Origin: a virus
Reading direction: 5' to 3' (one strand)
Virus record (IMG/VR): IMGVR_UViG_3300022555_000009
DNA: 64,000 nucleotides
Under the pieces are notes generated by a model. The model had not been told where the DNA came from, did not search any database, and saw only the letters and a list, made by a program, of their open reading frames with translations. This document shows, in pieces, positions 36,699 to 45,639 of this stretch. A program made the translations under genes and the position numbers. Position 1 is the stretch's first letter, and the number at the start of each line of letters is the position of its first letter.

Positions 36699-37886
36699 TT
36701 ATCCAACGAGTTTTGCTAGATAGATTTCGAGATTACCAGCCTTAATATGAATTGCTTTCTTATCCATATCTGCTCTCAACTCCGCGGTTGTCTCCTTCTT
36801 TATCTTCCCTAAGAATTGCTTCAAAGAAGAATTAATAACGGTAACTTCGAAGTTATCAGAGTCCATTATCACAGATAACTCCCTATCAATTGAGCAAGAG
36901 CCTCCTCTCACACCAGAATCCTTTAAAAGAACTTTTAGTGTCTCCTTGTTACTCTTGTCGTATGCTAGAATAATAGGATCTAAATCTAAGGAAGAAGAAT
37001 AGAACCCGCTGAAGAAATTACTCGTGTCTCTCAGCGCGTTTACATTTATATCACATATCTTTTTCTTAGGGTATATAGCTTTGAGGTCATCTTCTGCAGG
37101 CGGCGCCACATTAGACATTGCGTTATTAAAAACACATTTCATTACGCTAGTTTCCAGGTAGGCTTTATTTCTATTTTCAAACACTATGAAATTTACCACT
37201 AAGCCACTTGAGAAGGCCTGCACAAAAACCCTCGCGATCTTTTTATGCAGAGGAATGTACTCCTTTTTAAGGACTCCTGTCTCCAAGCCCCCATAAATGT
37301 ATACGTGGGTTCTGTCATTAACAATAATCTTATCTCCGTATATACTAAGAGCATTATTCTTCTTTTCGTCAGAAGATATAAAAGGGAGGCAGGAACCAAT
37401 AGCCTCCCCGAACTCAGCCGAATTCTTTATGCTCACTAGGGACAGATCATAATTTTTGACTTTCATACTGTCTACTAACTGATCATGCAACTCTGAGATT
37501 TCAAAGAGTTGGCTGTCCTCCATAAGAATATGGGGGAGTGAAAGTTTATCCTTACCTACCTTAATATCGAAAGTCGAGTTGTCTCCATCTTGAGTTACTG
37601 CAATAGTCATTAGAGCGAGGTCATCGACTAGATAGCTATGCAGAATGTAAAAGAACTTTTGAGACTCGAGACGAATTCCTACGGGAGTCTTAAAGTCCTC
37701 AACCTCGCAGGGAATATCAAGTTCCACATATGCAGTCGAGTCCTTAACGACTAAGGTAACTGTCTTCTCATTTTGAATCCACAGGTTTAAGTTGAGAATA
37801 TCTGCTGCGTCGAATTCGAACCCACTTAGGATTTTTTCGTGATCAAACAGACCTTTAAAATCTATATTCTTTATCCTTAGGTTCAT
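36699..37886 (-). CDS. Putative DNA sliding clamp (beta-clamp-like)
   Basis: 395 aa with three-fold alpha/beta pattern; KIIVNDRTHV resembles the DnaN vatDghrl motif. Confidence 0.45.
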   Translation of the reverse strand: MNLRIKNIDFKGLFDHEKILSGFEFDAADILNLNLWIQNEKTVTLVVKDSTAYVELDIPCEVEDFKTPVGIRLESQKFFYILHSYLVDDLALMTIAVTQDGDNSTFDIKVGKDKLSLPHILMEDSQLFEISELHDQLVDSMKVKNYDLSLVSIKNSAEFGEAIGSCLPFISSDEKKNNALSIYGDKIIVNDRTHVYIYGGLETGVLKKEYIPLHKKIARVFVQAFSSGLVVNFIVFENRNKAYLETSVMKCVFNNAMSNVAPPAEDDLKAIYPKKKICDINVNALRDTSNFFSGFYSSSLDLDPIILAYDKSNKETLKVLLKDSGVRGGSCSIDRELSVIMDSDNFEVTVINSSLKQFLGKIKKETTAELRADMDKKAIHIKAGNLEIYLAKLVG

Positions 37887-37932
37887 TTGTGCTCCTTCAT
37901 TAAATGAATATATGAGTTAATACCGTTTTTTA

Positions 37933-37966
37933 TTGCCACGACTCCTAGGACCTATCTTATATTATT
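37933..37966 (+). promoter_or_regulatory. Putative early promoter
   Basis: TTGCCA-N19-TATATT. Confidence 0.65.
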
Positions 37967-37989
37967 TGTGAACTATAAAAGGGGAATAC

Positions 37990-38601
37990 ATGCTAGAATA
38001 TGATGTCGTGATGAAGTGCAAAGAAGGTCATAAGCCCTCTCTTCAGGCCCTATATTTTAAGTACATACCATTTATCAACAAACACTACTACAAGATGCAG
38101 AAGCAATTCTACTTCAAAATTCCCATGGAGCGAGAGGACTTCGAGGTCGAGGGGTATGCAGCTTTGGTCAAGGCTATCGAGTATGTGGACCCTGATAAGA
38201 TTACCGATAAGGAGAAGTGGCTTTTTATCGGTGTGTTCGGTTACTACCTTAACATGCTACGTAAGTCCTGTGTCATGTCATATATGCATCAGCAGGCAAA
38301 TGAAACTCCTCTTTATGTCAAGTCCAGGAGCAGCAGCGACGAGTACTGTGTAGCAGATAATTACGCGGAAAATGAAAGTCGAGATATGACCAGGGGCATT
38401 GAGGAGGAGACTTTCATAGATCAGTTTAGATCTAATCTGAATGACTTTGAGAGACTAATTCTTAGTAAGCGTTTGGAAATTAGGGAAGAGGGCAAGCCTC
38501 GATCACTGCAGTCTATAGCTGGTGAGCTCGGGTGCTCTTTTTCTAAAATTCAGTCCGCAAATAAAAGAATCGAGACTATCTATAGAACTATGAGGGAATA
38601 A
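37990..38601 (+). CDS. Sigma-70-family RNA polymerase sigma factor
   Basis: LYFKYIPFI, EREDFEVEGYAALVKAIE (region 2); LNDFERLIL..SLQSIAGELG (region 4 HTH). Confidence 0.75.
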   Translation: MLEYDVVMKCKEGHKPSLQALYFKYIPFINKHYYKMQKQFYFKIPMEREDFEVEGYAALVKAIEYVDPDKITDKEKWLFIGVFGYYLNMLRKSCVMSYMHQQANETPLYVKSRSSSDEYCVADNYAENESRDMTRGIEEETFIDQFRSNLNDFERLILSKRLEIREEGKPRSLQSIAGELGCSFSKIQSANKRIETIYRTMRE

Positions 38602-39261
38602 ATGGAATGGGCGAAGAAAGTAAACCAGCTACTGGAGAAAAGATCAAAGGGATTCTTAAGATCGCAAAAACCGCCGCTGACTTCATTGGTAAGATCAAAG
38701 AATTGCCTCGTATTATTCATGCTATTATTCTTGCCGTTGCTTGCTTGGGCGCAGGCGGTGCCAGTGCCGTCTACGTTACCGAAAGAAGTGCTGATACAGA
38801 AGTTAAACGAATGCAATCAACAATTGCAAGTCTCGATAAGTCAATTGCAGACCTCCAAGCAAACAATCGACAGCTTATTGCTGACAAAGACGGACTTGTT
38901 GCAACAAATAAGTCTCTTGCAACAGAATCAGATAAACAAAGACAAACAATTACAACTCTTACAACAGAGCTTGGACAGCAGCACGGCATTATTGACCTCC
39001 TTACAGCAGAGTCAAAACGAAACCAACAAATTATTAGCGACCTTGCAGCAGCAGGAAGACAGTTTGACGAAGGACTTGGATCAGCAGGTACTGATATACA
39101 ATCAACTATTAAAAGACTCCAACTTACTCAAAGTACAATTGCAAAGCTTATCGCTCAAATTAACAGCTCTCGAATTCAGTAATAAAGTAAAAGATTATGT
39201 TCTTGTGGGTAGTGGCGTTGCTATAGTACTAGAGACCGTATATATTATACTTAGGAAGTGA
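38602..39261 (+). CDS. Exported coiled-coil protein with C-terminal hydrophobic anchor (spanin-like candidate)
   Basis: Hydrophobic stretch ending AWA-QA, Gln/Leu heptads, C-terminal VLVGSGVAIVLETVYIIL. Confidence 0.55.
   Translation: MEWAKKVNQLLEKRSKGFLRSQKPPLTSLVRSKNCLVLFMLLFLPLLAWAQAVPVPSTLPKEVLIQKLNECNQQLQVSISQLQTSKQTIDSLLLTKTDLLQQISLLQQNQINKDKQLQLLQQSLDSSTALLTSLQQSQNETNKLLATLQQQEDSLTKDLDQQVLIYNQLLKDSNLLKVQLQSLSLKLTALEFSNKVKDYVLVGSGVAIVLETVYIILRK
38607..39182 (+). CDS. Inner-membrane coiled-coil protein (i-spanin-like), nested in an alternate frame
   Basis: TM IIHAIILAVACLGAG followed by a long coiled coil. Confidence 0.6.
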   Translation: MGEESKPATGEKIKGILKIAKTAADFIGKIKELPRIIHAIILAVACLGAGGASAVYVTERSADTEVKRMQSTIASLDKSIADLQANNRQLIADKDGLVATNKSLATESDKQRQTITTLTTELGQQHGIIDLLTAESKRNQQIISDLAAAGRQFDEGLGSAGTDIQSTIKRLQLTQSTIAKLIAQINSSRIQ

Positions 39262-39327
39262 ACTACCCTGAAACTAAAAAAGATTTCGAGGTTTTCTTGC
39301 GATGAAAAGTATAAATAGGAGAATACA

Positions 39328-39507
39328 ATGGATGCAGTTTCTAGTTTTAAAATGTGGATTGCTGAACAATTAGAGGAAGGCTCCCTTGTCACTTCCTGGG
39401 ATGAAAGCTTAATGGGCCTTGGCGAGGAGTATATGGTTGATGAAAGTGAAATGGATGCCGTGATACAATTCGCCGCTAGGTTGGCTCAGAGTCTTCGGCG
39501 AAAGTAA
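39328..39507 (+). CDS. Small putative internal head protein (59 aa), not in the track
   Basis: AGGAG RBS; N-terminal SFKMWIAE resembles the T4 capsid-targeting sequence; TATAAATA upstream. Confidence 0.55.
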   Translation: MDAVSSFKMWIAEQLEEGSLVTSWDESLMGLGEEYMVDESEMDAVIQFAARLAQSLRRK

Positions 39508-39508
39508 G

Positions 39509-40054
39509 ATGACTATTCTAATCGAAGGTGTTCCAGAGGATGCTCTAGTAACAGCTACCAGGGCTCACTCTGGACAATTTAGAAGAGGAGGCGCTCCTTA
39601 CATATCTCACCCCGCACGAGTTGCTCAGCATGTACAACGTGTGAAAGGCGACTCTCATAAAGCTGATGACTTAATAGCTGCGGCCTATCTTCACGACACC
39701 CTCGAAGATACAGATATGACCGAAAAGCAGATTCTCGATCAATTTGGTCCTAACGTCCTTAATCTCGTATTTGAATTGACTTCCGATGAGGAAGAGCTGA
39801 AACGGCTAGGTAAAACTGCATATTTACAAAAGAAGTTTTCGGGTATCAGTAGCTGGGCTTTAGTTATCAAATTGAGTGATCGCTTAGATAATGTGTCGGA
39901 TCTTCTTGACGCTGATTACGACTGGGCTCTGAAGTATGCCAAGCAAACCCAAGACATACTAATTTACTTGATCGAGCATAGAAAACTAACGAGCACACAA
40001 AAAAGATTAGTAGGAGAGATACAGGAGATTTTAGACGAATTTTATAAGAAATAA
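39509..40054 (+). CDS. HD-domain (p)ppGpp hydrolase-like protein (SpoT/Mesh1-type small alarmone hydrolase)
   Basis: AHSGQFRRGGAPYISHP, AAYLHDTLEDT, KLSDRLDN. Confidence 0.85.
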   Translation: MTILIEGVPEDALVTATRAHSGQFRRGGAPYISHPARVAQHVQRVKGDSHKADDLIAAAYLHDTLEDTDMTEKQILDQFGPNVLNLVFELTSDEEELKRLGKTAYLQKKFSGISSWALVIKLSDRLDNVSDLLDADYDWALKYAKQTQDILIYLIEHRKLTSTQKRLVGEIQEILDEFYKK

Positions 40055-40153
40055 TCAACACACTAATTATCTATAATGAAGTAAATAACGCGTTCCGTAT
40101 GGAAGCGTAGATGTATTTCAGGCCGTATAAAAGGCCACGTAAAGGAGAAGGTC

Positions 40154-40630
40154 ATGACGACTTCAAGAGGTTTCAGGGTGCGTGGAGATGACATTTTATT
40201 TCCATTGCAGGAGGTTGCAGAGACAATGAGCGGATGGTTCGATTTGCTTAGTGGTTGGGAGGCGCCGGTTTCCAAGCTTCCTCATTCCTTGGCTACAGGA
40301 TCTTCGTTCCCGCCTTGCAACTGGTATTCAGATGAACAAAATAATCTATATTATGAGTTCGCTGTGGCAGGCTTCAGTAAGGATGAAATCAATCTTTCGT
40401 TAAACGACGATCTGTTGATTCTAACAATCATTCCACTACCTGCAAAAGAAAAGGACACTAGAAAGCAACTACAGAAAGGCATCAAGCGATGTGAGTCTGT
40501 GAGCCAGTACAGAATTCCACTATCTAAGTACAATCTACAGAAGGTAGAATCAAAGCTAGAAAACGGAATTTTGTCCGTTATGATTCCTGCAAAGGAAGAC
40601 ACAAAGCCGATTAAAATAAATATCGGTTAA
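40154..40630 (+). CDS. Small heat-shock protein (Hsp20)
   Basis: FPPCN, EFAVAGFSKDEI, KGI, LENGILSV.IP. Confidence 0.9.
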   Translation: MTTSRGFRVRGDDILFPLQEVAETMSGWFDLLSGWEAPVSKLPHSLATGSSFPPCNWYSDEQNNLYYEFAVAGFSKDEINLSLNDDLLILTIIPLPAKEKDTRKQLQKGIKRCESVSQYRIPLSKYNLQKVESKLENGILSVMIPAKEDTKPIKINIG

Positions 40631-40634
40631 AAAG

Positions 40635-40661
40635 AAAGCCACTCTGAAAAGAGTGGCTTTT
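40635..40661. terminator. Bidirectional terminator
   Basis: aaagccactc-tgaaaa-gagtggctttt. Confidence 0.8.
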
Positions 40662-40668
40662 ATTTTGC

Positions 40669-41376
40669 TTAAATTATTACTGCGATATCATCGGGATAAT
40701 TGCGATAAGCGTGATCTCCGAATAATTCTACGTCATGCATGTCTCTCGGTTGCCTTCTCAAGGCCCACCAGATAGCTAAAAGAGTGTTGCCCAGTACCTG
40801 CAGTACTTTTCTTGGGCCAAAATGAAGCATTTGGATACCTTTATATCCGAATAGCCTGGGCGGTACAAAGTGAACAATATCAGCACCATAATATATAGCT
40901 AAGAATCTCACTCTCTTCTCAAAGCTCTTAACAAAAGCCGCGTTGCCTACCCTCGGGGAAGAGCCTGGCAAGCAAAATATACTACATCCATCAAAATTAT
41001 ACTGCACGTCTAGGCTACATATAGTTGCCAAGGCGCCACCATACGAATGGCCGGTGACGACGACAGTACCTGCTGGTTTTCTATCGTAGAATTCTCGAGC
41101 CCGATTGAGAATCACATCTCTCACGCCACTCTGCTTGTATTGATCTAACCAACCGAAATGAATGCGAACTTTTGAGTCCGTATTATCATAAGGTATAACT
41201 GCGGTATCGAAAAGCATATGATTCCACCAATCTAATGTTGAATCAGATGATCTGAATACTACAAAAAGGGATTCCTCGTCCTCTTTAAAAATAGCCTGTA
41301 CGGTACCTTTATCAATGTCGGCCCTATCCGAAGACTCCGCAAATAATTCTTTGAAAAACTTCAGATCATATGTCAT
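40669..41376 (-). CDS. Class 3 lipase / alpha-beta hydrolase (start ATG 41376)
   Basis: VVFRSS, IHFGW, VTGHSYGGALA, SPRVGN, DIV..VP, DH. Confidence 0.85.
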   Translation of the reverse strand: MTYDLKFFKELFAESSDRADIDKGTVQAIFKEDEESLFVVFRSSDSTLDWWNHMLFDTAVIPYDNTDSKVRIHFGWLDQYKQSGVRDVILNRAREFYDRKPAGTVVVTGHSYGGALATICSLDVQYNFDGCSIFCLPGSSPRVGNAAFVKSFEKRVRFLAIYYGADIVHFVPPRLFGYKGIQMLHFGPRKVLQVLGNTLLAIWWALRRQPRDMHDVELFGDHAYRNYPDDIAVII

Positions 41377-41436
41377 TTTTATCCCCACATAATTAGTCAC
41401 TAATTTTATATCGCATGTACACAAAGGAGCTTCCCA

Positions 41437-41700
41437 ATGATGGCAATTACACTACACGACTGGAAGACTATTCGAGAACTGAGACTATGTACTGCTGCTG
41501 GTTTATTAAATCCCATGGAATTCAAGATACTGCTAGCTCCTATGGTTTTTTTGGATCAAGGAGACGCGGGCGATGATGAAGAGGATAGTATTGCTGACGA
41601 CCTACGACAAATAAAAAAGAATAAAAAAAGCTCCTCTGAAAAAGAGGAGCTTCCACCTGCTATAGGCTTTCATGTAGACTCAGAGGAAGAGGACGACTAA
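41437..41700 (+). CDS. Small acidic hypothetical protein
   Basis: AAGGAG RBS; late-type motif upstream. Confidence 0.55.
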   Translation: MMAITLHDWKTIRELRLCTAAGLLNPMEFKILLAPMVFLDQGDAGDDEEDSIADDLRQIKKNKKSSSEKEELPPAIGFHVDSEEEDD

Positions 41701-43289
41701 CATTTTGACCATCCACACATACACGTGACACATCCCTCTTTATACATAAAGCCATCTTTACTACCACAAGAGGGACATTCCATAGATGTCTTTACTTGCT
41801 CGCCGTTCTTGATGTATCCTTTAAGAACTCTCGCTAAGGATTTTGACCAGGAACCGAAACCATCGCTTTTACCTAGCTGTTCAACGATGAACTCGATAGG
41901 TGTTCCGTGCCTCAGAGCTGTACTCAGTAGACGCGTTGGTCCTTCGTACTCGTGATTGAATGTTTGGGCAATATTCTCAATTACGACCTTATCTACTCCG
42001 TTAGGAATAATGAGGTCGTAATTGCCTTTGCCCTTCTTACGAATGATACCTGTGTCTTTATCCTTTAGATAACTCCATTCTTCTCTTTGTTCAGATATGA
42101 ATGTCTCATATATGGATCCGCTGTACTTGCCGATTAGAGTTAGAAACTTTTGTCCCTTAATAGAAGTGACATAAATATCACACTCCAAGTCCTTAGGTCT
42201 TTTTGGCGCACCAGACCTCTCAATGTACTCAGGTCTCTTATAGCATACTTCTTTCTTCACTGGCTTAGTAGATAATATTCCCTTCATACTTCCCTGTGGA
42301 TTAAATGAAGTGAATCCTTTTAAGCCTTGCTTATAAGCAAACATGAAAAGATCTTTATAGGCCTCCAAAGTATATCCTTCGGGTAGGTTAGCTGTCTTAG
42401 ATATAGAGTGATCTATGTATTTTTGAAAAGCAGCCTGTACTCTTACCCCATCATAAGGATTCACTTCATTTGAAGTTATGAAGTACTCGGGAATTTTAGG
42501 TTCAAGCCCCGTCGATGTCATATGTGCTTTTGTATCATCGTAAGGGGTGTGAAGATATTCTAGCCAGGCCTTATCATACACAGTTTCTTTACGAGTCTCG
42601 TCTCCTTTTCCCGTCCTGATAGTTCTATCATACTGGAGAGCAAAGATGGGCTCAATACCTGAAGAGCAATTATTACCAACTGTCAATGAAATTGTTCCTG
42701 TTGGCGCACAAGTTAATATACCTATGTTCCTTAGACCACTTGCCCATATATCTTCATATAATTCCTCGGGGAGTGAGGTAATAAAAGAAGACTGATTAAG
42801 TCTTTTATCAAATGCAGGAAAGGTACCCTTTTCTCTCGCTAACTCAGCAGATTCACTGTATGCTTCGTCACGGAGTATTCTACCTATTCCGTCTGCAAGA
42901 TCTATACTTTCTTGGCTACCGTATTTTATTTTCATCATGGCACAGACGTCACCAAAACCCGTGAAGCCTAGTCCTATCCGCCTCCACTGTTTGGAAAAAT
43001 CTTCTATCCTCTTAAGAGGATATTTAGTTACATCTAAAACGTCATCAAGAAATCTAACTGCTGTGCGAATAGTTTTCGATAGAAGATCCTGATTAATCAT
43101 CGGGGAATCTCCAAAAGCCCCTGTCACAAAGGAAGGTAGGTTTAAGGATCCTAGACAGCATAAACTATATGCTGGCATCGAAATTTCGCCACAATTTTTA
43201 ATAACAGTGCCATTTGCATAAAAATTATGAGTATTCTCCACTGTTATATCATATACATCTTCGTTATCAGATGTTTCTATAATTAGCAT
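41697..43289 (-). CDS. nrdJ: Class II ribonucleotide reductase, C-terminal fragment preceded by split-intein IntC
   Basis: EDVYDITVENTHNFYANGTVIKN|CGEI, CCLGSLNL, RRIGLG, APTGTIS, SSGIEP, ISKT.N, C-terminal CPSC/EGC..C.CGWSKC. Confidence 0.9.
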   Translation of the reverse strand: MLIIETSDNEDVYDITVENTHNFYANGTVIKNCGEISMPAYSLCCLGSLNLPSFVTGAFGDSPMINQDLLSKTIRTAVRFLDDVLDVTKYPLKRIEDFSKQWRRIGLGFTGFGDVCAMMKIKYGSQESIDLADGIGRILRDEAYSESAELAREKGTFPAFDKRLNQSSFITSLPEELYEDIWASGLRNIGILTCAPTGTISLTVGNNCSSGIEPIFALQYDRTIRTGKGDETRKETVYDKAWLEYLHTPYDDTKAHMTSTGLEPKIPEYFITSNEVNPYDGVRVQAAFQKYIDHSISKTANLPEGYTLEAYKDLFMFAYKQGLKGFTSFNPQGSMKGILSTKPVKKEVCYKRPEYIERSGAPKRPKDLECDIYVTSIKGQKFLTLIGKYSGSIYETFISEQREEWSYLKDKDTGIIRKKGKGNYDLIIPNGVDKVVIENIAQTFNHEYEGPTRLLSTALRHGTPIEFIVEQLGKSDGFGSWSKSLARVLKGYIKNGEQVKTSMECPSCGSKDGFMYKEGCVTCMCGWSKC

Positions 43290-43634
43290 TTTTAAACGTC
43301 TCCTCTGTTAATTCCTCTAGTCATGGATTAACTCATCAGTTGGTTGAAGGTGCTGTGCTTCTACCCATCCTCTATTTTTTGTAAGTATTTTGTGATCCGG
43401 AGTACATTTGATCTGATTGCCAGTGGAGGTATCTGTTATCCTGATTATTTTCGTATTTTTTCTAGTGAGAAGAGCATTTGTTACTTTTTGGTATTCAGTT
43501 TGACGAGTCTCTTCGTTGAGAGACTTCGCAAATACTTCTTCCCCAGAAACTACCAATTCTACTAAGTCCTTCATTCTTATTTTTTGATTTACGCCCTTGA
43601 AAGAAATATCTACAACGGTATCTCCTGTTACGCA
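43194..43634 (-). mobile_element. Naturally split mini-intein (IntN 105 aa, IntC 32 aa), no endonuclease
   Basis: Blocks A and B in the upstream gene, F and G in the downstream gene; stop codons and a GAGGAG RBS lie between them. Confidence 0.88.
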
Positions 43635-44423
43635 AGGATTGACCGAATCTATATTAAAGGCGTACCAGCCGTTGTTATACCTATTTACTGTATCAATATT
43701 AAAGATGCCTGGTTCATTGTGCTCGAAGGCATTCTTGGCCAGGAGATCATAAAGATACTTAGCTTTAACTATTTTATAAACTTGCCCTTCCCAAACAAGA
43801 GGCCATTCACTATCTTCTTCTACAGCCCTGATAAATTCGTCTGTGAGAACTACAGAGAGGTTGAATTGGTCTAAAGCTTTTTTCTCGTCTCCGTGTTTTA
43901 CTGTAATGAACTCTTCGATGTCAGGGTGATCTATGTTCATCAGAGCAATATGAGCAGATCGACGACCTCCTCCAGTCTGTATGACTTTTGCAGACTCGTT
44001 GAATATTTTAAGGAAAGAAATAGGCCCGGATGACTTGCCTCCCTTTTTAATAGCAGCATCTTTAGGTCTCAAGTACGAAATATTAAAGCCAACGCCTCCC
44101 CCTGAAGCACTGATCATGGCATCATCGTGGAGAGCTCCGAAAATGCCCTCCATGCTATCTCCAACAGCTATAGTATAACAATTATTATAGTACTTCATTT
44201 TAGAATCCGGACGAGCATTAGCTAGGATTCTTCCACCGGGGATAAATAAGCCTTTTTCCATAATGTCAAGAAATTCGTGTTCCCACTGAGCTCTTACTTT
44301 CGGTTTTTCAGCCATCGCTATTTCAGTCGCAACACCCCTAAATACATCCTCAGGGGTTTTTTCGCCGTTAATCATATACTTCTGGCGAAAGATTTCTTCG
44401 GAGATAGATTGAGAGAACATCAT
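43317..44423 (-). CDS. nrdJ: Class II ribonucleotide reductase, N-terminal fragment ending in split-intein IntN
   Basis: PGGRIL, NC, GGGVG..S.LRP, QTGGGRR, HPDIEEFI..K, EPG, NP|CVTGDT...CTPDH..TKNRGWVEAQHL. Confidence 0.9.
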   Translation of the reverse strand: MMFSQSISEEIFRQKYMINGEKTPEDVFRGVATEIAMAEKPKVRAQWEHEFLDIMEKGLFIPGGRILANARPDSKMKYYNNCYTIAVGDSMEGIFGALHDDAMISASGGGVGFNISYLRPKDAAIKKGGKSSGPISFLKIFNESAKVIQTGGGRRSAHIALMNIDHPDIEEFITVKHGDEKKALDQFNLSVVLTDEFIRAVEEDSEWPLVWEGQVYKIVKAKYLYDLLAKNAFEHNEPGIFNIDTVNRYNNGWYAFNIDSVNPCVTGDTVVDISFKGVNQKIRMKDLVELVVSGEEVFAKSLNEETRQTEYQKVTNALLTRKNTKIIRITDTSTGNQIKCTPDHKILTKNRGWVEAQHLQPTDELIHD

Positions 44424-44457
44424 ATGGTTTTTACCTTCCTTTTATGCGTATGGCTAA

Positions 44458-44667
44458 TTAGTTGATCATCTCCTTTTTAAAGAATTTACGATAGCTCTTG
44501 AGGTAGGGCGCTAGCTTTTCGTCCATCTCCTTAAAGATAGCTGTGATTTTAGCAGCCTCCTCAGAATTCAACTTTGATAAATCGATGCCTTCGACATGAG
44601 TCTCATCATGATTCATAACAATCACCTTCCTGGGCTCGTTATGATAAGTAAACTCCATTAACTTCAT
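44458..44667 (-). CDS. Small WYL-like protein
   Basis: FTY...R.V......VEGIDL...YRKF. Confidence 0.5.
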   Translation of the reverse strand: MKLMEFTYHNEPRKVIVMNHDETHVEGIDLSKLNSEEAAKITAIFKEMDEKLAPYLKSYRKFFKKEMIN

Positions 44668-45125
44668 TTTCTCTCCTTTATTAGCTGTGTATTATAGTCT
44701 TCGATTTGTTTCGGGGAAAAGTCTTTAGATGGTAAGGTGAGTTTCATCATCGTTACTAGACTCTCGAATAGTGCTATTTTCGCTGATCTATCAAGTATAG
44801 CCGTATCTTTGAGTATTGCTTTCACTGCTCTCGTCGCAAACACCCAGGCAGGAAACTCTTGTGGATGCACTGGTATAAAATTAACTTTGCCAAACTTCAA
44901 ATCTATCCAAAACCCTGAATTATAGTTCGAGGGAGCTCGAACGAGGCCGGTAGTCAAAGAGTTTATTTTACTATCATTATGCACACTGTATACAAGATCC
45001 CAATCACTGTCTGGGCGTTCCGTGCCAAACGCCCTACTTCCTGTTAGATAACACAGGTTTAAAAGGTCTTCAATTGGTATATCTTTATTTTTTTTAATAA
45101 GACCTTCGAAAAGCTCATCAAACAT
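44664..45125 (-). CDS. Pol-beta superfamily nucleotidyltransferase
   Basis: LTGSRAFG...DSDWD. Confidence 0.75.
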   Translation of the reverse strand: MFDELFEGLIKKNKDIPIEDLLNLCYLTGSRAFGTERPDSDWDLVYSVHNDSKINSLTTGLVRAPSNYNSGFWIDLKFGKVNFIPVHPQEFPAWVFATRAVKAILKDTAILDRSAKIALFESLVTMMKLTLPSKDFSPKQIEDYNTQLIKERK

Positions 45126-45186
45126 GATTTTCTCCTTTTTATAATATAGCTAAACCTCTCACTAATTATGGTGAGGGACAAAAATA

Positions 45187-45639
45187 ATGCCTACACCTTC
45201 TTCTATGGAATACCTTAGTTTATTATACAAGGAATTGACTCGAAAACTGGAAACTATTCATAAATACATAGATGCCATCGACAATCAGGTCGGTGACATA
45301 TACCAGTCAGCTTATGAAGGCGTTTATATCTGTAAGCGCAAGTATGAGATCGTAGAAGACTATAAAGAAACAACTCCGAAGATTCATCCTCAAACTGAGT
45401 TCGCTTTTGAGCCGAGGCCCAATAAGCCTAAAAAAGGCGACACTGGACAGGATGTTCAGGAAACTATAGAAGACCTCAACGAAGATTTGAAATCTACCTT
45501 CGCTGAGATCAATTTCCGATTCTCTAAGCAGCAAGGAAACCTAGACAACCTAGGAAAGGTCCACTTAGAGTTACAGAATATTATTAATGAAATATTCCAA
45601 AATTGGAAAACCTTAAATGGAGATGAAGACAAGTTTTAA
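45187..45639 (+). CDS. Hypothetical late protein
   Basis: ACTAATTA upstream; GAGG RBS. Confidence 0.6.
   Translation: MPTPSSMEYLSLLYKELTRKLETIHKYIDAIDNQVGDIYQSAYEGVYICKRKYEIVEDYKETTPKIHPQTEFAFEPRPNKPKKGDTGQDVQETIEDLNEDLKSTFAEINFRFSKQQGNLDNLGKVHLELQNIINEIFQNWKTLNGDEDKF

Noticed and set aside
43290-43319. Amber readthrough fusing the nrdJ halves into one cis-intein gene
   Set aside because: An in-frame TAA follows two codons after the TAG, and the second gene has its own RBS.
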